Assembly (NCBI GenBank): GCA_016706845.1
Contig: JADJIV010000004.1
Coordinates: forward strand, 47,727-111,726
DNA: 64,000 nucleotides
Direction: 5' to 3'
DNA from: a bacterium
GTDB lineage: Bacteria; Krumholzibacteriota; Krumholzibacteriia; LZORAL124-64-63
In this document: positions 18,601-26,432 of the stretch, piece after piece
Layout of the letters: each line of letters starts with the position of its first letter
Numbering within the stretch: the first letter of the stretch is position 1
Program-made: the position numbers and the translations under genes
The notes under the pieces: model-generated
What the model saw: only the letters and a program-made list of their open reading frames with translations
The model's database searches: none
Told to the model about the DNA's origin: nothing

Positions 18601-21600
18601 CACCGCGAACTCGCCGGCCTGCGTGTAGGTCTGCTGGAAGCTGACCTGGCCGTCGACGAGGCGGCGCGAGGTCACGCCCACGGCGCCGGCGCCGAGCGTC
18701 CCGCCGCCGTCGACGACCGCGACGCTGAAGAAGCGGTCGTCGTCCACGAGCGATCCCGTCTCGGTGTCGCGCAGCCTCACCGTCACCGGGAAGGCCGCCG
18801 GCGGCCCCGCCACGGGCGCGGGCGTCGTGCCGACGACGACGTCGTACCACAGGCCGTTGGGATCCATGCGGATGATGTCGCTGTAGCCGAGGCGGCCGGA
18901 GGAGTCGCTCACCTCGATGACGATGCGGCTGGCGACGTCGTAGGCCTGGGCGGGGATCGCCACGACGCCGGCGGTCAGCTGGGCCTGCGTCGCCAGCAGC
19001 ACGCCCGGGGCGGGCTGCAGCGTCGGCGTCAGGGCGCGCAGGGTGACCTGGTTGTAGGCGTTGGTCATGACGGTCCCGGCCTCGTCCACCAGTTCCACGC
19101 TCATGGCGAAGGAGCTGGGCGGCCCGACGAACGCCGTGTCGGGGGTCGTGATCCGGTACTGGGCCCCGGCGGCGACCTGCACGACCACGTCGTGGCCCAG
19201 GATCTCCGCGTCGGTCAGGTCGTAGGCCGTGAGCGTGGCGTAGCCGAGGCTCGACAGCGCCACGGGGAACACGATCTCGCCGGCGGCGAGCGCCTGGCCG
19301 TTGTTCAGGGGATTGCCCGGCACGACGGAGCCCTCGTCGCTGCCGAGGTGGATGTTGTGCACGCTGTTGTCGACGCGGTTCCAGAAGCGGTCGACGGCGT
19401 CGACGGTCAGCGGGAACTGCAGCGTCGCGGTCTGCACCGCGGGCGTGCCGGTCTTGCCGTCGACCTCGGGGCCGCCGGGGTTCGGCGTCTCGCCGGGCGC
19501 GACGGCCAGCAGGCGGTAGAATTCGCCGGGATTCACGCGCACGGCGCTGGAGTCGCGGCGGGCGGACACCGCCAGGTCCCGCGCGCGCAGCGTCTGGGTC
19601 GTCGCCGTGCGGAAGGACAGGGCGAAGGCCGTGGAGCCGTCGGGCTCCAGCGGCACGTCGTTGGCCGTGACCAGGTCGGCGTAGCTGCTGGTCGACACCC
19701 TGACGATCGGGCTGGCGGGCACCGGGTTCCACCACGCGTCCAGGGCGGTCACCGCGGCGGTCACGTCCGCGCCGGCGACCACCGGCAGCGGCTCGCCGAA
19801 CTTGCCGGGCGCCTCGCCCGGCGTGGCCGTCTCGCCCGGCAGCAGGACCTGCAGGCCCGCGTACGCGCCGGGGAAGACGGTGAAGGGGTTGCTCTCGCCG
19901 GTGCGCCCGTAGACGTCGTCCACGGCCGACACGGTGATGCCCTGGCCGGCGCGCGTGATGCGCATGCTGCCGCGCCACACGCCCTGGTAGATGCCGGTGC
20001 CGTAGCCGTCGGCGAGGCTGACGCGCAGCGGCGCCAGCACGTCGCCGCCCACGTTCAGGCGCAGCGAGACGCTGTCGGTGAAGGTGCGGATGTGGTTGCC
20101 GTAGGCGTCGCGCGCGATCACGGTGAGGTTCGGCAGCCAGGCGCCGGCCTGGTGGTCGGGCACCGGCTCGAGGATGTCGGTCGGGTCGGGGTTGACGCCG
20201 TCGTTGACGCCGATCTCGAAGTGGTCGATCACGCCGGCCTCGACCGGGATGAGCGCCGACGCGGTGCGCGTGCTCACCGGGTCGGTGGCGGTGACCAGCT
20301 GCTGGTTCGGATCCGCCAGAGTCTCGAGCGTGACCGGGAAGACGCCGGTCCCGGACTGCAAGCTCTGGGGCGCCGCGGGCAGGGTCGCCTGGGGATCGGT
20401 GCTGGTGAACACCAGCGGGATCGGCAGGGACGGGCTCGTCGCCTCGATGGGGTTGTAGTAGTAGTCCGTGGCGATGACCTGGATGTTGAAGGGCGCGCCC
20501 GCGTCCTGGGGGGACGGGGTGCCGACCTTGCCGGGCGCGTAGATCGTGCCGGCGTCCAGGGTTTCGCCGGGCGCGATCACCATCAGCCGCTGGTAGACGT
20601 TCGGCGAGACGCGCAGGGGGCTCGAGAAGCTGTCCGCCTGGCCGCCGACGCTGGCCTGCAGCAGCTGGTCGCCGTGCGTCGCCATCAGGGCGCTGTAGAC
20701 GCCGGTGCCGTTCAGGGTGATGACCCCGCTCTCGATCAGGGTGCCGCCGCCGTCGAGCAGCAGCAGGTGGCCCGTCGGGCAGGTGATCGCGACGGTGCGC
20801 GAGCCGGACACGAGGTTGCCGTAGCGGTCCACGGCCCTGATCTCCAGGGATTCGATCATCTGCCCGGCGATGATCGGCGTGGGCAGGCCGATGTTGCCGC
20901 CGAAGGCCGGGTCGTTCAGGCCCGGGGTCCAGGTCTGGCCCGGCAGCGTGAACAGGACCTTCTCCATGGGGCCCGCGTTCACCTGGAAGTCGCCCGACAG
21001 CGTCACCACGCCGGTGTTGCTGTCGACGATCAGCCGGGCGCTGAACGCACGCTTGGTCACCTGCACCGAGGCGTTGAGCACGCCGTTGACGAAGTTGTTG
21101 CTGGTGGTGATCAGGTAGTCCGCGCTCTCGTCGACGGCGCCGATGCGGACCCGCATCGAGACGGGCCCGTTGTACGGGAACACGTTGTTGAACGAGTCGT
21201 AGGCGCGCACCCGGATCTGGAACGGGGTCGTGGTCGCCTGCACGGCGTTGGTGTCGAGCACGGCGTAGTCGAAGGAGAAGTGGTGGAGCCCGGCCGGGTT
21301 GACCTGGACGTTGGCCGAGCTCGAGGTCGAGATCGGGCCCGAGGCGGTGACCGTCACCTGGCGCAGGCCCGAGGTCATCAGCGTGGCCGACTGGTCCTGG
21401 ACCGTGTTGCTGCTCATGGCCCCGCCGGCGGGCAGCGCCACGCCGGGGGCCGCGTCGTTGGCGCTCCAGGCCAGCGTCGGGAAGGGGCCCGACGCCACGG
21501 GGTTCCAGTACTGGTCGGTCGCGTAGACGTCGATGCCGGTGAACGGGAAGCCCGAGATCTGGGCGATGGCCGTGCCGCTGCGGCCCGGGCTGACGCCCGG

Positions 21601-22407
21601 CGTCAGGGTCTGGCCCGGCAGCAGCAGGACGACGCGGTTCAGGGCCCCGGGATAGAGCGGCGCCACGAGGCCGCTGCCGGCCGCGGCCGCGGCCTGCGTC
21701 GGGTAGACGACAGTGTTCAGGGCGTTGACCGTGTTCTGCTGCAGCGCCGGGTCGGTGCCCTGGAAGACGACGTTGGCCGCGGCGACGCCGGCGACGAACG
21801 AGCCGCCGCCGATGGTGAGCGACGGGCCGGAGGTGAAGTGCCCGATCGCCGGCGACAGCACCACGTCGTCGTCGAAGTTGCGGACGGCCACGTTCATGAG
21901 GTCGCGGGCGGTGACCGTCAGCGCGACGTTCTGGCCGACGTACTTGTCGCCGGCCGGTACGCCGATCTCGAAGTGGTGGACGAAGTTGTAGCAGTTGATT
22001 TCAACCTGGGCGAACGGCACCGAACCGTCGTCCTGGTCCGCGACGCGCAACCGCACCGGCTGCCCGTCGTCCAGGAAATCGATCCCGGTGAAGATGCGCT
22101 CGCCGTTCTGCAGGTAAGCCGAAGCCGGCAGGGTCGCAGCCACGTCCGGCGAGGACAGCGCGGCGCGGATGAAGTCCGCCGCAGTGTCGGTCGTGCCGTC
22201 GGTGTTCACCGCCCGCACGAGCACGCTGAACTGCTCGTAGATGGTGACCGCGGGCCGACCGTCGACGATCTCGGGGTTGATCACCGTGATCTCGAGGTGG
22301 TCGAAGGCCAGGGCGGCCGCCGGCGCCAGGGCCAGCAGGCCCACAGCCAGGACGGTGGCGAACTTGGCGATGGCGATCCTGTTGCGCGTGCGCTCGTTCA
22401 TGGTCAT
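15616..22407 (-). CDS. Giant secreted multi-repeat (Ig-like) surface protein with T9SS/FlgD-like CTD, about 2260 aa
   Basis: Signal peptide ending ..ALAPAAALA; 7 copies of PG[EQ]TxxPG..GK.G.P..AVD.[YW]WN; 6 copies of Y.[VI]..P....G.P..F...V.L.D...G; CTD ITNRPNPFNP..TIYDLYG..FAWDGRNGQGDVVANGGYICRV..RRKIAVVK. Confidence 0.88.
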   Translation of the reverse strand: MTMNERTRNRIAIAKFATVLAVGLLALAPAAALAFDHLEITVINPEIVDGRPAVTIYEQFSVLVRAVNTDGTTDTAADFIRAALSSPDVAATLPASAYLQNGERIFTGIDFLDDGQPVRLRVADQDDGSVPFAQVEINCYNFVHHFEIGVPAGDKYVGQNVALTVTARDLMNVAVRNFDDDVVLSPAIGHFTSGPSLTIGGGSFVAGVAAANVVFQGTDPALQQNTVNALNTVVYPTQAAAAAGSGLVAPLYPGALNRVVLLLPGQTLTPGVSPGRSGTAIAQISGFPFTGIDVYATDQYWNPVASGPFPTLAWSANDAAPGVALPAGGAMSSNTVQDQSATLMTSGLRQVTVTASGPISTSSSANVQVNPAGLHHFSFDYAVLDTNAVQATTTPFQIRVRAYDSFNNVFPYNGPVSMRVRIGAVDESADYLITTSNNFVNGVLNASVQVTKRAFSARLIVDSNTGVVTLSGDFQVNAGPMEKVLFTLPGQTWTPGLNDPAFGGNIGLPTPIIAGQMIESLEIRAVDRYGNLVSGSRTVAITCPTGHLLLLDGGGTLIESGVITLNGTGVYSALMATHGDQLLQASVGGQADSFSSPLRVSPNVYQRLMVIAPGETLDAGTIYAPGKVGTPSPQDAGAPFNIQVIATDYYYNPIEATSPSLPIPLVFTSTDPQATLPAAPQSLQSGTGVFPVTLETLADPNQQLVTATDPVSTRTASALIPVEAGVIDHFEIGVNDGVNPDPTDILEPVPDHQAGAWLPNLTVIARDAYGNHIRTFTDSVSLRLNVGGDVLAPLRVSLADGYGTGIYQGVWRGSMRITRAGQGITVSAVDDVYGRTGESNPFTVFPGAYAGLQVLLPGETATPGEAPGKFGEPLPVVAGADVTAAVTALDAWWNPVPASPIVRVSTSSYADLVTANDVPLEPDGSTAFALSFRTATTQTLRARDLAVSARRDSSAVRVNPGEFYRLLAVAPGETPNPGGPEVDGKTGTPAVQTATLQFPLTVDAVDRFWNRVDNSVHNIHLGSDEGSVVPGNPLNNGQALAAGEIVFPVALSSLGYATLTAYDLTDAEILGHDVVVQVAAGAQYRITTPDTAFVGPPSSFAMSVELVDEAGTVMTNAYNQVTLRALTPTLQPAPGVLLATQAQLTAGVVAIPAQAYDVASRIVIEVSDSSGRLGYSDIIRMDPNGLWYDVVVGTTPAPVAGPPAAFPVTVRLRDTETGSLVDDDRFFSVAVVDGGGTLGAGAVGVTSRRLVDGQVSFQQTYTQAGEFAVRAFDPSGLAGDSPLFTVRPAGYQRLQLLTPGETARPGEAAFAATGKSALPDTQRSGEPFPMVVRAVDQYWNPIGDASGGRVHLSATDGSFSWPDNPDPQDAPFFLGSRAVDAFLVAEGAVGVTVGDLDAPQLPGQTVAVPVRRPYVYQITVPAAAQTGGMPGFAMTVRLVDPDTGEPVAGAGHRVDLTPLRANFAPGNGVLGTTEVYLINGVSFISDQSYSALEDLRIRVSDDFGRQTTSSVVTMQTGGLYYDVAAPAAAIVGGPATFPLAVDLIDSNTGERVAAHSGLIQISVLSAATGEAGGGVLGTVQQMLTGGHTDVQQTYTLAEEVYFRIVDGDGNEGFSNSCRLAADGFKQLQIVAPGETPEPGAEVGTGKTGAPVVQTAGEPFVVELRAVDQFFNPITSLDGGALELDCSEPDLFAWQNPADYHAPFIGGRRQVGVVLDGAGNLVLSADDNQHPEAGQGHVTIPVAEAVYQVSVPDTTFVGPPSRFGVGVRLVNPATGATVPAGNRIALEALRYDFGAPDGQLGVTEWTLLQGAADIATQSYGVSERIIIRVSDERGRSTDSPVVTVIPVGVTYAVTAPDTVVAGEPWPLSVTRVDVTTGRLVTGYDETFSISAINAWSGAVRPDPALVPTGVLRYTYGATVEGRALLDDQAYDRAESIYLRVTDAAGGDVLSRLITVLAAPARTFTLTLLESDGSPFDRVLRPDQQIRVRVAARDEGGNPAPRAAVAFEVRAGEATLGSARAGAVHLLTGSDGTAETTLRVAAFGTTDVLLRAGVDALDPEEVLLAVAGPPVTTPSFTGVASEYLDGWYVSADTQITLAAVPGIPEATTTIRFDVDQSDGAQPLTAYQEAFSLEELAPGESGVHVLRFFAEENTGVKEALRQIVLYTTQALDEGREITNRPNPFNPVRELTRILFKPTAAGTVNITIYDLYGTIVLNRQLNAAADQTTEFAWDGRNGQGDVVANGGYICRVTGQGFDFRRKIAVVK

Positions 22408-22512
22408 CCCGCCGTGGAAGGGATCCTGGAACGTCCGGGGCGCGGACGGCCGTGCAGAATGCAAAGCCGGACAGGGAGATCCGGCGTTGCGGCACGGGCC
22501 AGCGGGTCCAGG

Positions 22513-22529
22513 TGCAAGCGATATGCCAC
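22513..22529 (-). promoter_or_regulatory. Sigma54 (-24/-12) promoter candidate for the giant-protein/PorV/TonB operon
   Basis: TGGCATATCGCTTGCA on the minus strand: GG-N10-GC spacing with a TTGCA -12 box, about 105 bp upstream of the ATG. Confidence 0.55.
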
Positions 22530-22911
22530 AGGTCGGGGCGGGCGACGTTTACGTAACGCGCTTTTGCACATGGGATTGCAGATGTCCCGCCAGGACGCGG
22601 CAAGCGGCGCGTGGATGAAGGGTTGGCGTCCGGAAGCGGCGGTTGCTGAGGGCCCGGGACCGGGCGGACGACTGCGGGAGGACGGACCCCGAACGCGATA
22701 CCGCTGTTCATTGTCGGGTGGCGGGCCGGTCCGGACAGGGCAATTCAGGTCTCCGGCGCCGGCGATCGTGCAGGATCGGTGCGCCGCGGATTCAGGGCGG
22801 GATCCGACCGATTGGTGGTTGTTCGCAGTCGCCGCGTGTGATTATGTTCCCCGGCGTCGGCGTCCCGCGCGGGGTCGCCACCGGAGGGCCGTACGATCGG
22901 GAGACAACACC

Positions 22912-23724
22912 TTGCCCAGGACAGCCAGGCGTCCGCGGCTGACCGCCGCCACCGCCGATCCCCACTGGCTCTACGAGAACGCCGTGCAGAACCCCGAGGC
23001 CGAAGTCGAGTTCATCGACCGCGCCTTCGCCGCCGTCTACGGGCGCCCCCCGCGCGACCTGCGCGAGGACTTCTGCGGCACGCTCAACCTGGGCTGCAGC
23101 TGGATCCGCCACCGCCCGGACAACACGGCGCTCGGCGTGGACCTCGACGGCCCGACCCTCGACTGGGGCCGCGAGCACAACGTGCAGCCGCTGGGCGCCG
23201 ACGCCGCGCGCGCCACGATGGTGCAGGACGACGTGCGCCGCGTCTGCGGGCCGCCCGTCGACGTCCTGGCCGCCACGAACTTCTCGTGGTGGTGCTTCCA
23301 CGAGCGCGCGGAACTGAAGGGCTACCTGGAGAACTGCCGGCGCTCGCTGCGGGACGAAGGCATGCTGATGCTGGACATCTTCGGCGGGTCCGAGGCCCAG
23401 GTGCTCCAGTTCGAGGAGCGCGACTGCGAAGGCTACACCTACGTGTGGGACCAGGACGCCTTCAACCCCATCACCCACGAGTACGTCTGCCGGATCCACT
23501 TCCGCTTCCCCGACGGCAGCGAACTGACCGACGCCTTCGTCTACCACTGGCGCCTGTGGTCGATCCCCGAGGTGCGCGACCTGCTGCTGGAGGTCGGCTT
23601 CTCGCGGGTGGAGGTCTACTGGGAGGGCGCCGACGAGGACGGCGAGCCCAGCGGCGAATTCCAGATCGACAACGGGGGCGACAATTCGCCGGCCTGGGTG
23701 GCCTACATCGTGGCTTTTCGCTGA
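22912..23724 (+). CDS. Class I SAM-dependent methyltransferase
   Basis: TTG start with GGGAG RBS; HWLYENAVQNP, LREDFCGT, ALGVDLDGPTL, LMLDIFGG, FVYHWRLWSIPE. It is only the tail of the spurious 15760..23724 track ORF. Confidence 0.85.
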   Translation: MPRTARRPRLTAATADPHWLYENAVQNPEAEVEFIDRAFAAVYGRPPRDLREDFCGTLNLGCSWIRHRPDNTALGVDLDGPTLDWGREHNVQPLGADAARATMVQDDVRRVCGPPVDVLAATNFSWWCFHERAELKGYLENCRRSLRDEGMLMLDIFGGSEAQVLQFEERDCEGYTYVWDQDAFNPITHEYVCRIHFRFPDGSELTDAFVYHWRLWSIPEVRDLLLEVGFSRVEVYWEGADEDGEPSGEFQIDNGGDNSPAWVAYIVAFR

Positions 23725-23750
23725 ATCGCAGGAAGGCCGCTGCAGAAAGC

Positions 23751-23787
23751 GAAGGCGGGGAGGGTCGCCCTCCCCGCCTTCTTTTTC
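23751..23787 (+). terminator. Intrinsic terminator
   Basis: 14-bp stem gaaggcggggaggg/ccctccccgccttc followed by T5. Confidence 0.8.
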
Positions 23788-23803
23788 AGATTCCCGGCAA
23801 TGG

Positions 23804-24151
23804 TCAGCCGCAGCTGCCGCTGCCGCAGCTGCCGCCCCCGCACTCGCCGCCGAGGCGGTCGGCCAGGTTCAGCGTGTAGCCCCTGCGGGCGCCGTCGTCG
23901 ACGTAGTCGATGACGATGCCGCCGCCCTGCTCGATCACCGAGACCACGTCCGGCGCCAGGATGAAATCCAGCGTCCGGGTCGAAACTGTCTTGTCGTCGT
24001 CCTTAGGCTCGTCCAGAGCCATGCCCACGGAGGGACCGCCTCAGCCGAAGCCCTGGAAGTAGAGTCGGATGGCCCGCAGGCCGTCCGGCGGCAGGTCGAG
24101 GGCGCCGAAGGCGTCCGCCGCCGCGTCGGAGATCCGGATCAACTCGTTCAC
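23804..24151 (-). CDS. HesB/IscA-like selenoprotein (UGA at 24041-24043 read as Sec)
   Basis: In-frame read-through gives MNELIRISDAAA..IRLYFQGFG-U-GGPSVGMALDEPKDDD..GECGGGSCGSGSCG, matching the HesB-like (C/U)xGPSxGMALDEP pattern; candidate SECIS downstream. Start GTG 24151 or ATG 24160. Confidence 0.8.
24001..24043 (-). promoter_or_regulatory. Bacterial SECIS element candidate
   Basis: Hairpin GGCUC-UGGAC-GAGCC (24020-24006); the loop starts 25 nt after the UGA and has G at loop position 2. Confidence 0.6.
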
Positions 24152-24221
24152 GTCCCACATCCTCGCTGGAGTGTCGCAATCGGTGGTTCCAGTGTAATCA
24201 ACAAAGATCGAAACTGCAAGA

Positions 24222-24250
24222 GAAAGCCCCGGCCGCGGGGCCGGGGCTTC
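24222..24250 (-). terminator. Intrinsic terminator
   Basis: aagccccggcc/ggccggggctt stem, 4-nt loop, short U tract on the minus strand. Confidence 0.7.
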
Positions 24251-24279
24251 CGTGCGTCCGGGAAGCAGTCGGGAACCGG

Positions 24280-26199
24280 CTACTTCACCAGCATGAGCTT
24301 GCGGACCTGCAGCACGTCGCCGCCGATGCGCAGACGGGCGAAGTAGGTGCCGCTGGCCACCTGCTGGCCCGCGTTGTTGGTGCCGTCCCAGGTCACGACG
24401 CGCTCGCCGCTGCCCTGGAGCCGCTCGTTGACGAGCGTGGAGACCAGCTCGCCGCGGATGTTGTAGACGTTCAGCTGGACCAGGTTGTCCCGCGTCAGGA
24501 CGAAGCGGATCTCCGTCTTGGGGTTGAACGGGTTCGGCTTGATGCTCGAGAACCCGCCCGCGGGCAGGATCTGGGGCAGGTCGCCCTCGACGGCCGTCGC
24601 GCCGACGGTGATGTCCTCGTCGCGCAGCGGGACCAGCTGGAACTCGCCGAAGGCGTAGTCCATGAAGCCCTTCACGGTGACCACGTCGCCGATGACCGGC
24701 GCGTACACCATGTTGAAGGCGGCGTTGACGACCAGCGAGTCGGCCCGCGCGCCGGTGTCGGAGACCAGGAACTCGCTGTACAGGGCCGAGCCCAGGGTGT
24801 CGACCACGGTCGAGGAGAACGTGCTCACCAGGACGCTCTCGTAGGCCTCGCCCAGGTAGCCGCCGGGCGACGTGTCGTCGGCCAGGACGGCGGTGTGCGC
24901 CTGGTTGTAGGCGGGCAGCGCGTTCTCGAAGGAGATGTACTCGATCGCCGTGCCGTTGTGCGGGTTCATCTCGGTCAGGCCGAAGTACTCCTCGATGTAG
25001 CCGCCGACCTGGACCTCGTCGCCGGGCAGCAGGAAGTTGGCGGCGGTGCCCTCGTAGCAGAGCAGGCCGCTGAAGGTGCCCGAGCCGTCCTGCATGATGA
25101 ACTTGCTGGTCGAGCCGGCGTCGCCGGTGCCGGCCGTCACGATGCCCTGCACGTTGACAACGCGGCCCGTGAACGGCGAGTTCTGCGGGGTGGTCGCGGG
25201 GTCGACGTACTGCACGTCGTGGATGGACGTGATGCCCACCGCGACCTCGTACCAGCCGGCCGGGGCGTCGCCCGGGTTCAGCGAGATGTTGCCGTTGCCG
25301 TCCAGGGCGCGGACGTAGAAGTCGACCTGACGGCCCAGGAAGCCGCCGGGGATGGTCGCCGACCACGTGCTGCCGCTGGTGTTGGTCATCGGGGTGCTCA
25401 GGAAGACGCCGGTGCTGTCGCCGGAGTCGTCGCGGTAGTAGAGGGCCGCGGAGGTCACGGCGACGTCGTCGGTGATCGTCGCGGTGACGGTGATCGGGTC
25501 GCTGGCCAGCGGGGTCCAGTCGGCGCAGTTGACGGCGTCGACGATCGGGCCCGAGCCCTCGATGAGGTCGCTCTGGCGGCGGGGCTTCAGCTCCATGATG
25601 CCGCCCGTGAAGTTGACCAGCGGGGCGATGATCCGGTAGCTGTCGCCGATCGCGACGCCGCCCGTGTTGATCCCCGTGTCGGTGTCGACGTAGACGATGA
25701 TGGTGTCGGTGCCGGAGTGCATCTTGAACTGGTTGGAGGCCACCGCCGTCGAGATCGTGCCGGAGATCGAGACGAACTTGCCGACGTTTTCGTAGTCGGA
25801 CTTCGCCTGGGCGATGGTCATCGTGACGGGCGTCGGAGCGGCCTCGGCGCCGAGGAAGGTGACCGTGGGCGCCGGGGAGAGCTGGATCTCGCCCTGGAAG
25901 ATGCCGACGGTGCCGGTGACCGAGACCCGGTCGCCGTAGGTCAGCGGGGGAGCCGCCGAGTTGAAGAAGGCGATGCCGTTGCCGGAATCGTCGATGATGT
26001 AGTGGGAGCCGGCGTTGTAGGTGCCCTTCAGAACGTAGACCCGGCCCTCGACCGTCTGGGTCGTGCCGTTGTAGGGGCTGGCCGGGGCGCCGGTCGTCGG
26101 ATTGTAGTACTGGATGTCGTCGATCGTCTGGGCGGCGGCCAAGCCGGCCACGCACACGACGACGGCGAGCGCCACGGCGCTCTGAATCGATCGCTTCAT
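24280..26199 (-). CDS. Secreted multi-OB-fold protein with FlgD/T9SS-like CTD
   Basis: ATG 26199 with AGGAG RBS; signal peptide; TIDDIQY..SPYNG and SIHDVQY..SPFTGRVVNVQGIVTA modules; CTD KPNPFNPKTEIRF..VYNIRGELV..WDGTNNAGQQVASGTYFARL..VRKLMLVK. Confidence 0.88.
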   Translation of the reverse strand: MKRSIQSAVALAVVVCVAGLAAAQTIDDIQYYNPTTGAPASPYNGTTQTVEGRVYVLKGTYNAGSHYIIDDSGNGIAFFNSAAPPLTYGDRVSVTGTVGIFQGEIQLSPAPTVTFLGAEAAPTPVTMTIAQAKSDYENVGKFVSISGTISTAVASNQFKMHSGTDTIIVYVDTDTGINTGGVAIGDSYRIIAPLVNFTGGIMELKPRRQSDLIEGSGPIVDAVNCADWTPLASDPITVTATITDDVAVTSAALYYRDDSGDSTGVFLSTPMTNTSGSTWSATIPGGFLGRQVDFYVRALDGNGNISLNPGDAPAGWYEVAVGITSIHDVQYVDPATTPQNSPFTGRVVNVQGIVTAGTGDAGSTSKFIMQDGSGTFSGLLCYEGTAANFLLPGDEVQVGGYIEEYFGLTEMNPHNGTAIEYISFENALPAYNQAHTAVLADDTSPGGYLGEAYESVLVSTFSSTVVDTLGSALYSEFLVSDTGARADSLVVNAAFNMVYAPVIGDVVTVKGFMDYAFGEFQLVPLRDEDITVGATAVEGDLPQILPAGGFSSIKPNPFNPKTEIRFVLTRDNLVQLNVYNIRGELVSTLVNERLQGSGERVVTWDGTNNAGQQVASGTYFARLRIGGDVLQVRKLMLVK

Positions 26200-26330
26200 A
26201 CTGTCTGTCTCCTCTGCTTCGGACACACGTTTCCCGCGCAGGGCACGAGTTGGGAGTCGGATCCAGGCGTCAAGTTCAGGATTATGAAGCGTGGAAAGTG
26301 GATCGCGGCCCATGACTCAGTGCACGCAAG

Positions 26331-26359
26331 ATGATACACCGGAGCCCTTGATTTGTCTA
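26331..26359 (-). promoter_or_regulatory. Sigma70-type promoter candidate
   Basis: TAGACA-N17-TATCAT on the minus strand in an AT-rich intergenic stretch. Confidence 0.5.
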
Positions 26360-26432
26360 CAACTTCGCGGTTTTTCACATCATATGACAAAGGGCCGCGG
26401 GAACGGCCCCTTTTATTGAATTGAGTTCAAAA

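Noticed and set aside
14273-19978. 1901-aa minus-strand ORF
   Set aside because: Off-frame Arg/Gly/Pro-rich reading of the giant gene running into the real PorV-like gene, which has its own RBS and ATG at 15607.
15760-23724. 2654-aa plus-strand ORF
   Set aside because: Antisense shadow of the giant minus-strand gene, caused by stop-poor high-GC codon usage; only 22912..23724 (methyltransferase) is real.
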